From assembly GCA_030265395.1 (NCBI GenBank), contig JARFYF010000029.1, forward strand, positions 14,276,663-14,340,662: DNA of 64,000 bases. Reading direction: 5' to 3'. This document shows, one piece after another, positions 26,662 through 39,206 of the stretch. Every line of letters starts with the position of its first letter. Position 1 is the first letter of the stretch. Source of the stretch: Rhina ancylostomus. Taxonomy: Eukaryota. The position numbers and the translations under genes were made by a program. Under the pieces are notes generated by a model. It saw only the letters and a program-made list of their open reading frames with translations, had not been told where the DNA came from and searched no databases.

Positions 26662-27891
26662 GAAAAACACGATGATGCTGGAGGAACTCAGCAGGCCAGG
26701 CAGCATCCATGGAGAAAAGCAGGCGGTCAACGTTNNNNNNNNNNNNNNNNNNNNNNNNNNNNNNNNNNNNNNNNNNNNNNNNNNNNNNNNNNNNNNNNNN
26801 NNNNNNNNNNNNNNNNNNNNNNNNNNNNNNNNNNNNNNNNNNNNNNNNNNNNNNNNNNNNNNNNNNNNNNNNNNNNNNNNNNNNNNNNNNNNNNNNNNNN
26901 NNNNNNNNNNNNNNNNNNNNNNNNNNNNNNNNNNNNNNNNNNNNNNNNNNNNNNNNNNNNNNNNNNNNNNNNNNNNNNNNNNNNNNNNNNNNNNNNNNNN
27001 NNNNNNNNNNNNNNNNNNNNNNNNNNNNNNNNNNNNNNNNNNNNNNNNNNNNNNNNNNNNNNNNNNNNNNNNNNNNNNNNNNNNNNNNNNNNNNNNNNNN
27101 NNNNNNNNNNNNNNNNNNNNNNNNNNNNNNNNNNNNNNNNNNNNNNNNNNNNNNNNNNNNNNNNNNNNNNNNNNNNNNNNNNNNNNNNNNNNNNNNNNNN
27201 NNNNNNNNNNNNNNNNNNNNNNNNNNNNNNNNNNNNNNNNNNNNNNNNNNNNNNNNNNNNNNNNNNNNNNNNNNNNNNNNNNNNNNNNNNNNNNNNNNNN
27301 NNNNNNNNNNNNNNNNNNNNNNNNNNNNNNNNNNNNNNNNNNNNNNNNNNNNNNNNNNNNNNNNNNNNNNNNNNNNNNNNNNNNNNNNNNNNNNNNNNNN
27401 NNNNNNNNNNNNNNNNNNNNNNNNNNNNNNNNNNNNNNNNNNNNNNNNNNNNNNNNNNNNNNNNNNNNNNNNNNNNNNNNNNNNNNNNNNNNNNNNNNNN
27501 NNNNNNNNNNNNNNNNNNNNNNNNNNNNNNNNNNNNNNNNNNNNNNNNNNNNNNNNNNNNNNNNNNNNNNNNNNNNNNNNNNNNNNNNNNNNNNNNNNNN
27601 NNNNNNNNNNNNNNNNNNNNNNNNNNNNNNNNNNNNNNNNNNNNNNNNNNNNNNNNNNNNNNNNNNNNNNNNNNNNNNNNNNNNNNNNNNNNNNNNNNNN
27701 NNNNNNNNNNNNNNNNNNNNNNNNNNNNNNNNATTGGGCTTCCCCTTTTCATATCTTCAGTCCTGTAGAAGGGTCCTGACCCAAAACATTGACCGCCTGC
27801 TTTTCTCCATGGATGCTGCCCAGCCGAATGAGTTCCTCCAGCATCATTGTGTTTTTCAACTAGATTCCAGTATCTGCAGTCCTTTGTTTCT
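26662..27891. mobile_element. Young Penelope-like element with inverted terminal arms; interior unassembled (N)
   Basis: Left arm aaaaacacgatgatgctggaggaactcagcaggccaggcagcatccatggagaaaagcaggcggtcaacgtt is the near-perfect reverse complement of aacattgaccgcctgcttttctccatggatgctgcc...gagttcctccagcatcattgtgttttt (about 27785-27856). The family assignment is from recall. Confidence 0.65.
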
Positions 27892-28255
27892 TCCAGTTAT
27901 GCTCTGGCTGCATTCTGGCTGCTTGAAGGCTTGTCTCTTTCCATTTGAGTTTGCACAGATGTCCTCAAAGACCCATGAAAAGCCCTTGCACTGGATGGAC
28001 TGGCTTCCGACTGATCCCAAGACCAAATGAAGAAACATTCTAGATGGTTGTAGGGCACTGGCATCTGTGCTGCTTGAGGGGTACTCATGGGAGGCCAATT
28101 GATGCCATCAAGACAGGGTTGAACCTTGAGGGGCCTGGTGGAAGGCATTAATGTTCTGACCCTGCATACCAGGCAACCAAACAGGGTGCAGTGACCTGCT
28201 GGTACCAAGACTGGTAGTAATGTACTTCCAACCTCCAGACCTGTAGTTGACCCAG

Positions 28256-28790
28256 CTAACAGCCCCTGAAATACATCCCTGCCATCCTTGATCTTTTCCT
28301 TGGAGTCAGCTCTCTGTGCAATCTGTGTAGGACCCTCGTGGTTTCAAAGAAGTGGAGGAATTGGGGAACATGTTGTTGTTGCTGGAGTTTTGAGATGAGT
28401 AACCATTCTGTGATTCTGATTCTGACACAGTTCCACGCACATTTGGCAGTGATCTGCCAGTACAGGAGAGCAATCTGCTCACATGCAGCACCTCTCTCTT
28501 CATATAGAAGAGCCACCTGTTCACATGCAACAATCCCATTGTTCTTGTCGAGTCATGAGTTGCTCCCAGTGGCTAATGAGAGCAGCAATCTGTTCACGAA
28601 TGACATCTCTTTACTCAGTGAGTCACTGTCCAGTGGTACTGTATATCGCTATTCCTGAAGAGCTTCAAGCTGTTCCCGGGTTGCATCGTCCTGACCAGCT
28701 TGATCAGTGTAAGGCTGTAGGACAGCAGTACGATTCTGTGGGGCCTCCATCTGCGCATCACAGCAGCTGTTGCCTGAATAATTCAGTGCT
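28256..28790 (-). pseudogene. Decayed, frameshifted coiled-coil ORF of unknown origin
   Basis: Successive frames give DAQMEAPQNR, DDATREQLEALQE*R, RDVIREQIAALISHWEQL and VACEQVALLYEERGAACEQIALL. The repeat anchors are spaced 42, 73, 80 and 81 nt apart. Confidence 0.45.
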
Positions 28791-30189
28791 ATGTGGTTGC
28801 CACCTCTACTCAGTGAATTAGCAGATGCTACTTGACAGAATCACCACCAGTACTCAAGTAGATACTCTGAGATGAGAAGGCCATCGGTACCCAATGAACC
28901 ATCTGATGCTGTGGGAGGGGATTGCCACCAGAAACAACAAAGAACGGCACAGAGTGGAGATTGTGGTCTCCCAGCACTGCAGAACCTCCTCCTCTATGTT
29001 CTTTGTAATCTCCTGCATTTGGTGGAGCAGGCCAGAAAATTAACTGGCTGTGCAGCCACATCAGCCTTGTCATGAAAGCTTCCCAACTGTTGCCCTTATT
29101 TAAAGTCCCTGGGACAGAGTGGAAGTATGCACCTTTTGTAAGGGGGGGGTATCACTGAAAAAAAGCACTACACATAAGAAGTTCTAGAATGCTTTTGTGT
29201 TTAGCTTATGGGCTTTCACTTAGTCAGCTATTAGTTTTCTAAGTTAACATGTTCAAACAAAAAACATTTCAGTCTTAAGGAGCTTTTACTATGACGTATT
29301 CTTTCAAACTTACTAGAATTCATGCATCCTGAGAAAAATAAACAGGACTCTTGCATCCACTGAGGGCTTTCATTCACCACTTGCCTGATCTGTGATACAT
29401 TGACATTAAAGAAGACATCCTGCTCACTTGATCAGGATTTTATTCCTTTATATGGGATTCTAATGAACTCCTACCAGGCAAATCACACTCAGTCATGAAT
29501 TATTGAATTCCTAGCTAGGCCTTCCCAGCTTGCTGCTATCCTCTGAGTATTCACACAGTTTGCTGTTTTCTCCGTCCAGTCTGTCAGTGGAAGAAATATT
29601 GAAGGGAGGGGGAGGTTTTTAATTCCCCATCTGGATTTTTGTGGAAACTGGATATCTTCCCATGACAATTGTTACTCCTACATGATGTCATTCCGTTATT
29701 ATTCTTGTCCCAATGTACTGGTCAGTGTAGTGAGTGGTAGTACAGCAACTTACAGCTGAGTAGTGAACCTAGGAGCTGTCAGCTAAGACTTATTACTGGT
29801 TACAGTGACCCGGCCTATGGACACTGCTACTCCTGTGGGTTATGAATCATCAGATTTGCTGTGAAGTGCTGACTAAGTAGCACCTTCTTTGTGGGGTTCA
29901 TGAGTCCTCAAGTATTGATTTTCCCAAGGCAAGCTTTCTGTTACCATCAACATTTTGGGCCTAGCCAAGGGAAATGACTGAGTAGATGAGGCAGTGGGTG
30001 TCAGTGCATCAGTTGTCAGCTCCTGAAACACAGACACTTTAATGGTCTGTCACTTTGATAGTCACTTGCTCTGACAGGTGCCAGTTGCTGGATCAGGGGT
30101 GTGGCCATGATCAGTACTTGTCTCTCTTACGAAACAGGGTTTTGGTTGTGGCAAGGTCATGTTCCAAGCATTTCATCAGAAGGAGTATG

Positions 30190-31120
30190 CCATTGGAGAG
30201 GAGGTAGAGGAAGTCCAAAGGACTCATGACCTTAAGTGAAGAATGCAGGAGATCCAACAATTCGTTGATACCATGGCCTATATGAATTCTTTAGTGCTGT
30301 CAAGGCTAGCTGCAGCTCAAACTTCCAAGGATTTGCCCTAAAATCCAAGAATGGAAGGGAGCCAATCAAGGATAGTGAAGCTGTTGATACTCATTGGTAG
30401 GAGTACTTCAAAGATCTCCTCAGCTAAGACTTTGTCTTTAATCTGAGAGCTTTTGACATTATTCCTGTTTACACCATCTCCTTCAGCCCTCGCATTCCCC
30501 AGCCCAGCAACAAATTGAAAACAAAACAGCAAAGAACCTCAAAGGAACCTCAGCCTTGATTTCATACTCAACTAATAAAATGAGCCCACAGTAAACATGG
30601 AGCAACAGTCCCTGGAAACTGGAACATGTGCTCTGTTCTTTTCAGCATTCTGCAATCCATCATCGTGGTACAAGGTAATACAGATTAAGTCGTGGTAGTG
30701 ATCATTTCTGGGCAAAATCACACTAACTGCAAAATTGAATTGGGCACCTCTGGTCAGGGTCCATGTTGCCATGTCCTTACATTCTCCCAGTACTGAAGGT
30801 GCATCCAGTGATAATCAATATGCAAAGCATGTTTAAGGCTCCGAAGATTTGAGAGCTCCCTGGTCTAAAAAAAACACTTAGCAGTCACAGAAAAAAACTC
30901 ACAACCTGTGAGTTCCACATTTTGATGCCATTTGAAGAGTTATATGGCCATAAAACTCACTGAAGATGCTCACACATCTTCCTCAGATCTCAGACAGAGT
31001 TCAAACTAGCAAAGATTGCTCTTTTTTCCAGAGAGTTTAGCTACTGAGGAATTCATTTTATGAATATCCCATTGACAGATGGTCCTCCAGCCTGAGGAGC
31101 TCTGTGCCAGAGAGGAGACC
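30190..31120 (+). mobile_element. RTE-clade LINE remnants
   Basis: About 30245-30470 reads QEIQQFVD..YEFFSAVKA...LKSKNGREPIKDSEAVDTHW*EYFKDLL, resembling the RTE ORF2 linker EIQQLAD..FFSAVKA...PL..KNG..LIKD.EA...RW.EHF.DLLN. Confidence 0.6.
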
Positions 31121-31614
31121 TGTCCCCTCCAGATGATCTGCTAACTCCTGGCAGTTTCTACCTCATTGCAGATTATGAAGCAGAGAACTGTGGGAGTTGG
31201 GATGGGAGTGTGGGGTGGTGAGGAAGGGTTTATGTATGCTGTGTGCATCTGGGTAGTCATATTAAAAGAGCATTGATTATAGTGCTGTGGAAATATATAC
31301 ATACTTGACATAGTTAGTGACATTATGGTATCTTTCAGCATTACTCCAGAGTATATGGAGTAATACATCCTCTTGGTATACATCTCATTCAACAGCTCAT
31401 CACCACCTCCGTGAGAGAGCTTTTGCACTGCCTGTCCTCTGTGGCAGCTCTAGTTTGTACTGCTGCCATCTGGCTACCATGGGGAATGTGCCTTTAAGGT
31501 CTAACAAACTTCACTGATTATTTCACAGCAATGTAGTGGCAGTTGCACTAAATTGACAGTGCTTCCATCAGGATCTCTGCAGGTCAAGATGTAACGTGTC
31601 TTTATGAACTGAAT

Positions 31615-32395
31615 TCATAGAAATCTACAACACAGAAGATAGACATCTAGCCCTTTGTCATTGCTATCCTGAAATGGATTTACGTTAATCCTACTTGTCA
31701 AGTCTTGGTCCATAGCCTTGCAGGTTATGGCTTTTCCAGCATGGTACTTTTTAATGGTGGTGAGGGTTTCTGCCTCCACCACAATTTAGGCCCCCACCCC
31801 ACTGAGTGAAATAGCTTTTTTTTGTCTCAACTCCCCTTTAGCCTTTCTAACCATTTAGTTAAATATGTGTCCCCTAGTTACTTATATCTCTACTTTAAGA
31901 AAAAGGTCCTTAATGTTTACCTCTCATATTTTTATGTGTCTCACTTACTTCTCCCCTAAGTCTCCTTTATTCTGAAGGAAAATCCCAGCCTAGACTGCCT
32001 TGACTCATAACCAGAGGTTTACAGTTCTGGCAACATCTTTGTGAATCTCTTCAGTGCCCTTTCCAGTGTTATCGCACCTTTATTGTAGTGTGGTGACCAG
32101 AAATAAAGAAAGTATCTAGCTATGATTTCATGAATATTTTATAGAATTCTAGAACAACATCACCATCTTGTACCCTTTGCCTATGCCAGTAAAGGCAAAC
32201 ATCCCATATTCCTTTTTAACCACCTTATCTATCTATCTGTCTCACTATGTTCAGGGATTTATTGACATACTCCAAGGTCCCTCATTCTTCTACACTTTTT
32301 AGCAGCCTACCAGTTATTGTTTATTTTGTTGCCTTTTGCCCTGCATCACCACCTGTATTACCTGATACTTCTCTAGACTGACTCTGTTTACCACT
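31615..32395 (-). mobile_element. Old CR1 3' fragment
   Basis: catagaaatctacaacacagaa tail; ctggcaacatctttgtgaatctcttc...tagtgtggtgaccagaa...aaggcaaacatcccatat is homologous to 45115-45300. Confidence 0.75.
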
Positions 32396-32535
32396 CTATG
32401 TACCTATTTCCCTTCCGGTGTACTTGCTATTTTTTTTTGAAGGTTCAGAGTTCATTTTGGAACTTGGTTCCATATTTATCCTGGGCATCTGTCTTAAATG
32501 GGCAGGATTAATGAGGAGCCCTTTAATAATTGGTA

Positions 32536-32748
32536 CAGGTCCTCCCCAGCTTACAAACACCCAATTTATGTACAGCTCATACATATAAATGAGTGTTTGG
32601 GATACCAGTGAGATAGATTTGCCAGCTGCTACAGGGCCGTAGGCATCTTCTGCTAGGTGCGAACTTGTTCGCAGCCACGTTTCCAACCTGCAAACTGTCT
32701 GGGTTATGAACAGTTCACAGGAACAGAAACCTGCCGTAAACTGGGGGG
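32536..32748. mobile_element. Probable Tc1/mariner (Tigger/pogo-like) MITE, degenerate
   Basis: ta|CAGGTCCTCCCCAGCTTAC at left and GTAAACTGGGGGG|ta at right, an imperfect TIR with the outer bases of the right TIR missing. Confidence 0.45.
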
Positions 32749-34203
32749 TACAATTTGGCAGTTTCGGAGCTGAGCTCAGTCCTGTGTAGAATATTTAGAA
32801 GACATCACCAGATGGTAAATGGGAATGGCAATCCTGCTGCTTTTGTGCTTGCTGATCCTGACGTGCTGAGACAATTTGTGGTACCAGTGATATAGCCAAG
32901 GTAAGCTCATGGCTTACAGCCTTTCTGGTCCATGGCATTCAGCTGTTATTGACCATATATTGGATTAATATTGGGCTGGGTTCCGTGCATGCTCCTGCAC
33001 ATGCTTCTGCGCACAGTTTGAAATTACCTGGTGTGATCTTGGTACTGCAATTCATGATGGAGAGCCAGTTTTGCATATCGGCAGGGCGTTTTGTGTTGTA
33101 ACGGGATCGTACTGAAAGGTGTGGATGAAGTACCACAAGTCCCCTGTACGGAAAGAGTGAAAGAGCTTTGACAGCCAAATAAGCCATGTCAACTGGCTTT
33201 GCCAGACTGTTAACATGATTACCTGCTCTGAGTATTCTCAAATGTTTCTGCAATTCACAAATCTATAAAGACTTCAAAAGCCCTTTGTTCATTATTCACT
33301 CAATGACAAGCAAAAGCAATGACAACAAACAATTATGGTCCTGTTATATAACAATTCAAGCATGCATTGCCAGAATGTACAAGTGAAGAAACAAGAGTGC
33401 AGCTGCTGGTCTGGCCCAGCAGGCCCAGCAGGCCCACAGTAGCACTGTTAATATCTGGCATCAGAACCCTCTGACTGATGTTGGAGAGCTTCAGCCAGGA
33501 TCCCCAGGGGTCATCCAACAACAACAATTTGTATTATATTTAATGCAGCAAAGTGACTCCGAACACTTCATAGAAATTTAATCAAATAAAATTTGACCTT
33601 GTCACATTAATGGATATTACAGCAGATGAGCAGAAGCTCGGCCAAAGAGGTTGATCTTATGAAGTGTTTTAATATAGCCTTGAGAGGTACAGAGGCAACA
33701 AGGTTTAGGAATTGCAGAAGTTAGGGACTTGGCGGCTGAGGGCGTGGTGCTAATGTTGAAGCCATTAAATTCAGAGTGTGGACACCTGAGGTGGTTGTCG
33801 ACCTGAAGCAGTTTGCAGAGCTAGAGAGAAATGAAGCTCGGTATGGAGTTAATTCAAGATAAAGGGGAAAGATTTGGGAGAAGGATGGGGAGGGCAAATG
33901 AGCAGGGAGAGAAAATGAAGAGAAGAATGAAAGTTGGTGGGAGATTAAGATAATATGGGGAGGAGAGAGGCCAGTTAACAGACAAAAATGTTAAAACTTA
34001 GAAAAATGCCTATTGGCATATTTCCATTATCAGCTGATTCATTTTTGATGAAAATATATCTTTGTTAGTTGTCTTTTTCCATCCTGTTCCGTTATTAATC
34101 AACTTTTCTAGTTCACTCTAGTTAGATAGTTACCACCACAGCTATTTTCCCAGCAAGCCACTGTTAGATCTCCCCAATAATTTTCTGTCCCTTTGTCCAC
34201 CTT

Positions 34204-34276
34204 AAAACCCTTTTCCCCCTCTTCTACGATCTGTGTTTTAAAAACCCTTTTCCCCCTCTTCTACGATCTGTGTTTT
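34204..34276. repeat. Perfect 37-bp tandem duplication
   Basis: aaaacccttttccccctcttctacgatctgtgtttt(a) occurs twice head-to-tail. Confidence 0.95.
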
Positions 34277-36769
34277 CCATTACCCACCCCAAGCACATCC
34301 TTGAGTTTCTGCCATGAATTCCTCCCTCCTACTCTGAATAATTCTGCGTCATTGATGATTTTTAAACTCCACCTCAGCCCCTGTGGACCATTGAACTCTA
34401 ACTGCCATGTTCCTGTCTCCTATAGAAATTCTCCCACCCACCTGCACAGCCAAATCTTTCAGTATCAATATAAGTTGTCAGTCTGCCTGCCAAACCAATT
34501 TATACAAGAAGCAGAATAAAATCCCCTCAAAGCAGCAAAGCATTAGAGAAAAGTTTAAAGATGGCTGTGAGCTTATAATATCATCGATTGCAGGCAGTCA
34601 CATTTTATTTAAAAGCAGGAGCATGTGAATTTATACTGACTTTAATGTAGCACAGGAGTATTATCAAGCAGGGTATAAGATACGAGGTCAAGTGACCAAA
34701 AGCTTGTTCTATTTTAAGGAGGCAAGGGAGGTAAAAGGAAGGAAAAGTTCAAAGGAGGAGTTCCAGGGCCGAGGGCCTTGGAGGTGGTTACAACTGTAAT
34801 AATTTTAGGCTTTTTACTTAAGTAGTCAATGATAATAGTCTGTCACTGATTCTGCACTAAATTTTGGAACAGTGTTGAGGCTAATTAGAATCAACTTCCA
34901 TGTTGGCTGGCGTGTTTAAATTGATATCTTCTAAGTAAAAGTAGAAAACTTCCATTTTCCTAAACTGGTTGAAGTGTTGTCCTTAGCTGGCAATAACTTC
35001 AGCTACTTATTGTCCCTGCAGATGGAATTCTTTTTCCATCTAAGCCCAGCACACCATCCTGGCTTGAAAGCCTGGAAGGCATGAGTTCAGACTTCCAATA
35101 CCCAGTTATAATTAATGAATTTCCACTGATAAACTGCTCCCAGTGGGGATGTTTTCACATCCATTGGGTCCAGAGGTGTTCTGTAAACTGCTATTCTCAG
35201 GGATCATGCAATTTCTATCGACCCTCTTGGCTTTTATACCAGGTATTGCTGGCACACCCATTGTGGTCCATTCATTTGAATGGTAGTGCCAAGTTTCATT
35301 AAAGAGGAAATTTTAGGTAATTTTGTTGTTTATATTTCCTAATTAAAGACATAAATATGCAGTGAAAACTAGTTGCAGCAGCTACTGCAGTTAAATATGC
35401 TTTTAAATTAGTTTATTAACTTTTATAATTTTAATTATTAAAATTTTTCATCCAACTGTTTCTAAATGTCAGAAGACTACCAGGGGTGTCAGTGGGCAGA
35501 ACTACAGGTCGTGCTGTGTGACACCTACTCACTGCTCGTGATCTGCTCTAGAGTGGACATGTTCTGTAGTCATCAGGAATGAGCATATTTTAAATAACCA
35601 GATTAAAGGGTGATTGGAAGGCCTCTCCAATGTGCAGGTTTGTGGTTAAACCTCATGAGATTCTTCTTTGTTTGATATCCATTGTATATTATTATCAGCT
35701 ATCCATTATACTGCACTTCGTACCCTGCTTTTTCACAAGATTTTTGGGTTGAGACTAAATCCAAGTCTTCTCCTCTCACTACCATCACTTGGATACCTTT
35801 CTTGAAAGAACTCCACAAATGAATCACACAACTAGTTTAGTGACCACAAAGGGTTTTAGTTTTAGTGTAGCCTGTACTTTTCTTATTTATTCTCGGTTCA
35901 AGTTATTTCCTACTTTATAATCANNNNNNNNNNCAGGATGTGTGAAATGGACCAGTTTATCTAGCCCCCTGGCTACTCCCAGTGAAGCCTCCGTGCTGAT
36001 GAAACCATCCCTATGGGCTGGCTTGGGCAAGTAACTTCAGACTCTACACATACTTGTTTCCAAAGGTCAAATTTTAAAGACCACATGAAAGTAGGACAGG
36101 AATATTTTCTTTCAAGACATTTTCTTTGCTGCAACAAAATGATAGTAGTCAAACCCAAAAGCATACATATAAGCACTGAAGAGCACCAGCATTTTTAAGG
36201 CACATTCAAGCAGCGGTGGGGGGGTGGAGAGGAGAAATGAAATAGGAAGGTTTTACGAGCAACATGTGCATATTAGTTTTGTATGAAGATTTTTTAAAAA
36301 TAGAATCTTCAATTTATATTTTATATCTTGAGAGCTCTAAAGCCATCACTACTTTTTATGTAGTGGTAAGCTTCCCTTTGTTATATTGCAGTTTAGGACC
36401 TCCTATTGCTTCAATTATCCTGATTAGCTCAGCCCTCCCTTCTCCAGGACAAAACCATATAAAAATGCTCATTAAACTGAAAAAATGTCACAGAACCATC
36501 ATAGGAGGAGAGATCTGTGGGCAATGACACCTTATGCCATAGGCAATATGCCATCTCTGCAAAGCTCTGTGCATTCTGCCTGCTGCTCCCTGGTAAGAGG
36601 GAACAAAGTGTGCTCACATGTCTTGGAATAAAGTGCACCTGTGACCTGGCTTATGCAACAGTGGATGGCAAACTGTGAGGTGTTTCTAATATTTCAACTC
36701 TATTCCAGAAGGATCTCAGTGCATAGATATTCATGGCCACACTGACCTTTACAGAGTGATAAAACAAGG

Positions 36770-36975
36770 AAATGCAGAAATTCAGCAGTAAAACCAGAAA
36801 ATGCTGGGAATACTCATCCACTGAACCAGTACCTATGGGAAGAGAAATCAAGGTCATCTGAAAGGTTATCGGCATGAAATGTTAACACTGATTATCTCTC
36901 TAGAGATGCTACCTGGCCAGTTGAGCATTTCCAGTATTTTCTGTCTTTCTTATTTCAGATTTCCAGATCAGAGTT
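36770..36975. mobile_element. Short palindromic derivative of the Penelope-like arm family
   Basis: cagaaaatgctgggaatactca (36796-36817) against tgagcatttccagtattttctg (36922-36943) form inverted arms. Confidence 0.55.
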
Positions 36976-37404
36976 TTGTTGCTTTTTTGAGTAAATTTAG
37001 CAGTGAAGTTATCCCAATATGGATTTTCTGTCACGAAATCCAGATTCTGCTGTCACCATCATTCATTTGACTTTTGCAGCTTGCCTCCTTCTCGAATGAT
37101 GCCGTGTGTATGGGCAGCAGTCTGAGCACCGACCAAGGAGCAGTGGTGGGAGCATCAGGGTTGTTGTAATGAAATAAGATTTCCAGATCTTGCTCCTTGG
37201 AGACACTTCCATTCAGCTGAATGGTACTGCAGCATCCTAAGCAACTGCTTATACCCTGCAAGCTCTTTTGATTGTTGGTATCCAGAGCCAGTGGCAGCAG
37301 TCTGAGTTGGCATGGGTTGAGTTTTCACTGTAGCACTCAGGCAAAAGCTGAGCCATTGGCCAAAGGGCACCCACTGTGGTTCAAGCCAGCAATATGGAAG
37401 TTTG

Positions 37405-37482
37405 TGTCATGGTTGAGTTCTGGCCCTCAATTTGGCTCCATTAATGCCTTGTTGTCCAGCACATGGATTCCATGCTGGACTG
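37405..37482. mobile_element. Second copy of the LTR at 25465, truncated by an assembly gap
   Basis: tgtcatggttgagttctggccctcaatttggctccattaatgccttgttgtccagcacatggattccatgctg is nearly identical to 25465-25539. Confidence 0.8.
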
Positions 37483-38242
37483 NNNNNNNNNNNNNNNNNN
37501 NNNNNNNNNNNNNNNNNNNNNNNNNNNNNNNNNNNNNNNNNNNNNNNNNNNNNNNNNNNNNNNNNNNNNNNNNNNNNNNNNNNNNNNNNNNNNNNNNNNN
37601 NNNNNNNNNNNNNNNNNNNNNNTAAGGTGAGAAGAAAAGTCTGGTATGAGGATAATCTTCTATAAGTTCCATTCACCATAGTTTAAAGGCTGCTCCAATT
37701 CTGGCAAGTACCGTGAAGGAAAGTAATGAAGCCTAGTTTGTGCCCCACAGTTAGCGTTTGCTGCCTCTGGTTCCCTTCACCTTAGGGGTTTTCTGTGTCT
37801 CCTTCAAATATTCAAATGCTTGCTTCAAAATGTAGTTCGTGCTTTTTACGACATTTAGAATAATCAAAGAACTTATCCATCTGCTTATTCATGTCTCTTT
37901 CTCTATGCATCCTCCCTCTCAACCCTTCCCTCAACTTCCATCCTCTACACTGGCCCAAGGGTTCACGGAGCACATTCTGAAAAACAGTGGCAAGCCACTG
38001 AACCAAACATTGGGACCTGAACTCCTAGGTGTTTGTTGTTATTACAGGGAAATGCCTTTCTTTTTAAATCAGAAAAAACAATTATATGAGTTCAATATCA
38101 GCCACATATTTCACTTTCCCTTTCAAGCAGGTACAAGCAATTNNNNNNNNNNNNNNNNNNNNNNNNNNNNNNNNNNNNNNNNNNNNNNNNNNNNNNNNNN
38201 NNNNNNNNNNNNNNNNNNNNNNNNNNNNNNNNNNNNNNNNNN

Positions 38243-39206
38243 CCTCTGCACTCTTTCTAAAGCTTCCATATCCTTACTGTAGTGAGGGAACCAGAACTGA
38301 ACACAATACTCCAAGTGTGGTCTAACCAGGAGCTGCAACGTCACCTCACGGCTCTTGAACTCAGTCCCTTGACTGATGAAGGCCAACACACTATACATCT
38401 TCTTAACAAACCTATCAACTCACACAGCAACTTTGAGAGATCTATGGACTTGGACCCCAAGAGCCCTCTGTTCCTCCGCACTGCTAAGAATCCTGCCATT
38501 AACCCTGTATTCTGCCTTTGAATTCAATCTCCCGAAGTGTATCGCTTCACACTTATCCAGGTTGAAATCTATCTGCCACTTCTCATCCCAGCTCTGCATT
38601 CTATCAATATCCTACAGCAACCTTATACACTATCCACAACACCACCAACTTTGTATCATCAGCAAACTACCCCACCCTTCCACATCCTCATTCAAGTCCT
38701 TTAAAAAAAATCACAAAGAGCAGGGGTCCCAGAACAGATCCCTGCAGAACACCACTGGTCACCGATCTCCAGGCAGAACACGCTCCATCTAAAACCACCC
38801 TCTGCCTTCTGTGGGCGAGTCAATTCAGAATCCACACAGCCAAGTTTCCCTGGATCCCATGCCTCCCGACCTTCTGAATGAGCCTATCATGGGGAACCTC
38901 ACAAAATACCTTACTAAAGTCCATGTACACCACATCCCCTGCTCTATTCTCAATGTGTTTTGTCACATCCTCAAAGAATTCAAATCGGGCTCGTGAGGCA
39001 TGACCTGCCTTTCACAAAGCCATGCTGACTATCCCTAATCAGACTATGCTTCTCCAAATGCTCATAAATCCTGTCCCTAAGAATCTTTTCCAATAATTTG
39101 CCCATCATTGTAGTAAGACTCACTGGTCTATAATTCCCAGGGTTATCCCTACTCCTTTCTTGAACAAAGGAATAACATTTGCCACCCTCCAATCATCTGG
39201 TACTAC
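38243..39206 (-). mobile_element. CR1-clade LINE, RT-containing 5'-truncated copy
   Basis: ORFs give PDDWRVANVIPLFKKG, PGNYRPVSLT...GKLLEKILRDRIYEHLEKHSLIRDSQHGFVKGRSCLT and LVRPHLEYCVQFW.PHY.KD.EALERVQR. Confidence 0.93.

Noticed and set aside
26546-28030. Long ORFs of 341-494 aa (and similar ones at 48407-49045, 23483-23777, 37272-37679)
   Set aside because: They are open only because they run through N gaps; the flanks are repeat sequence.
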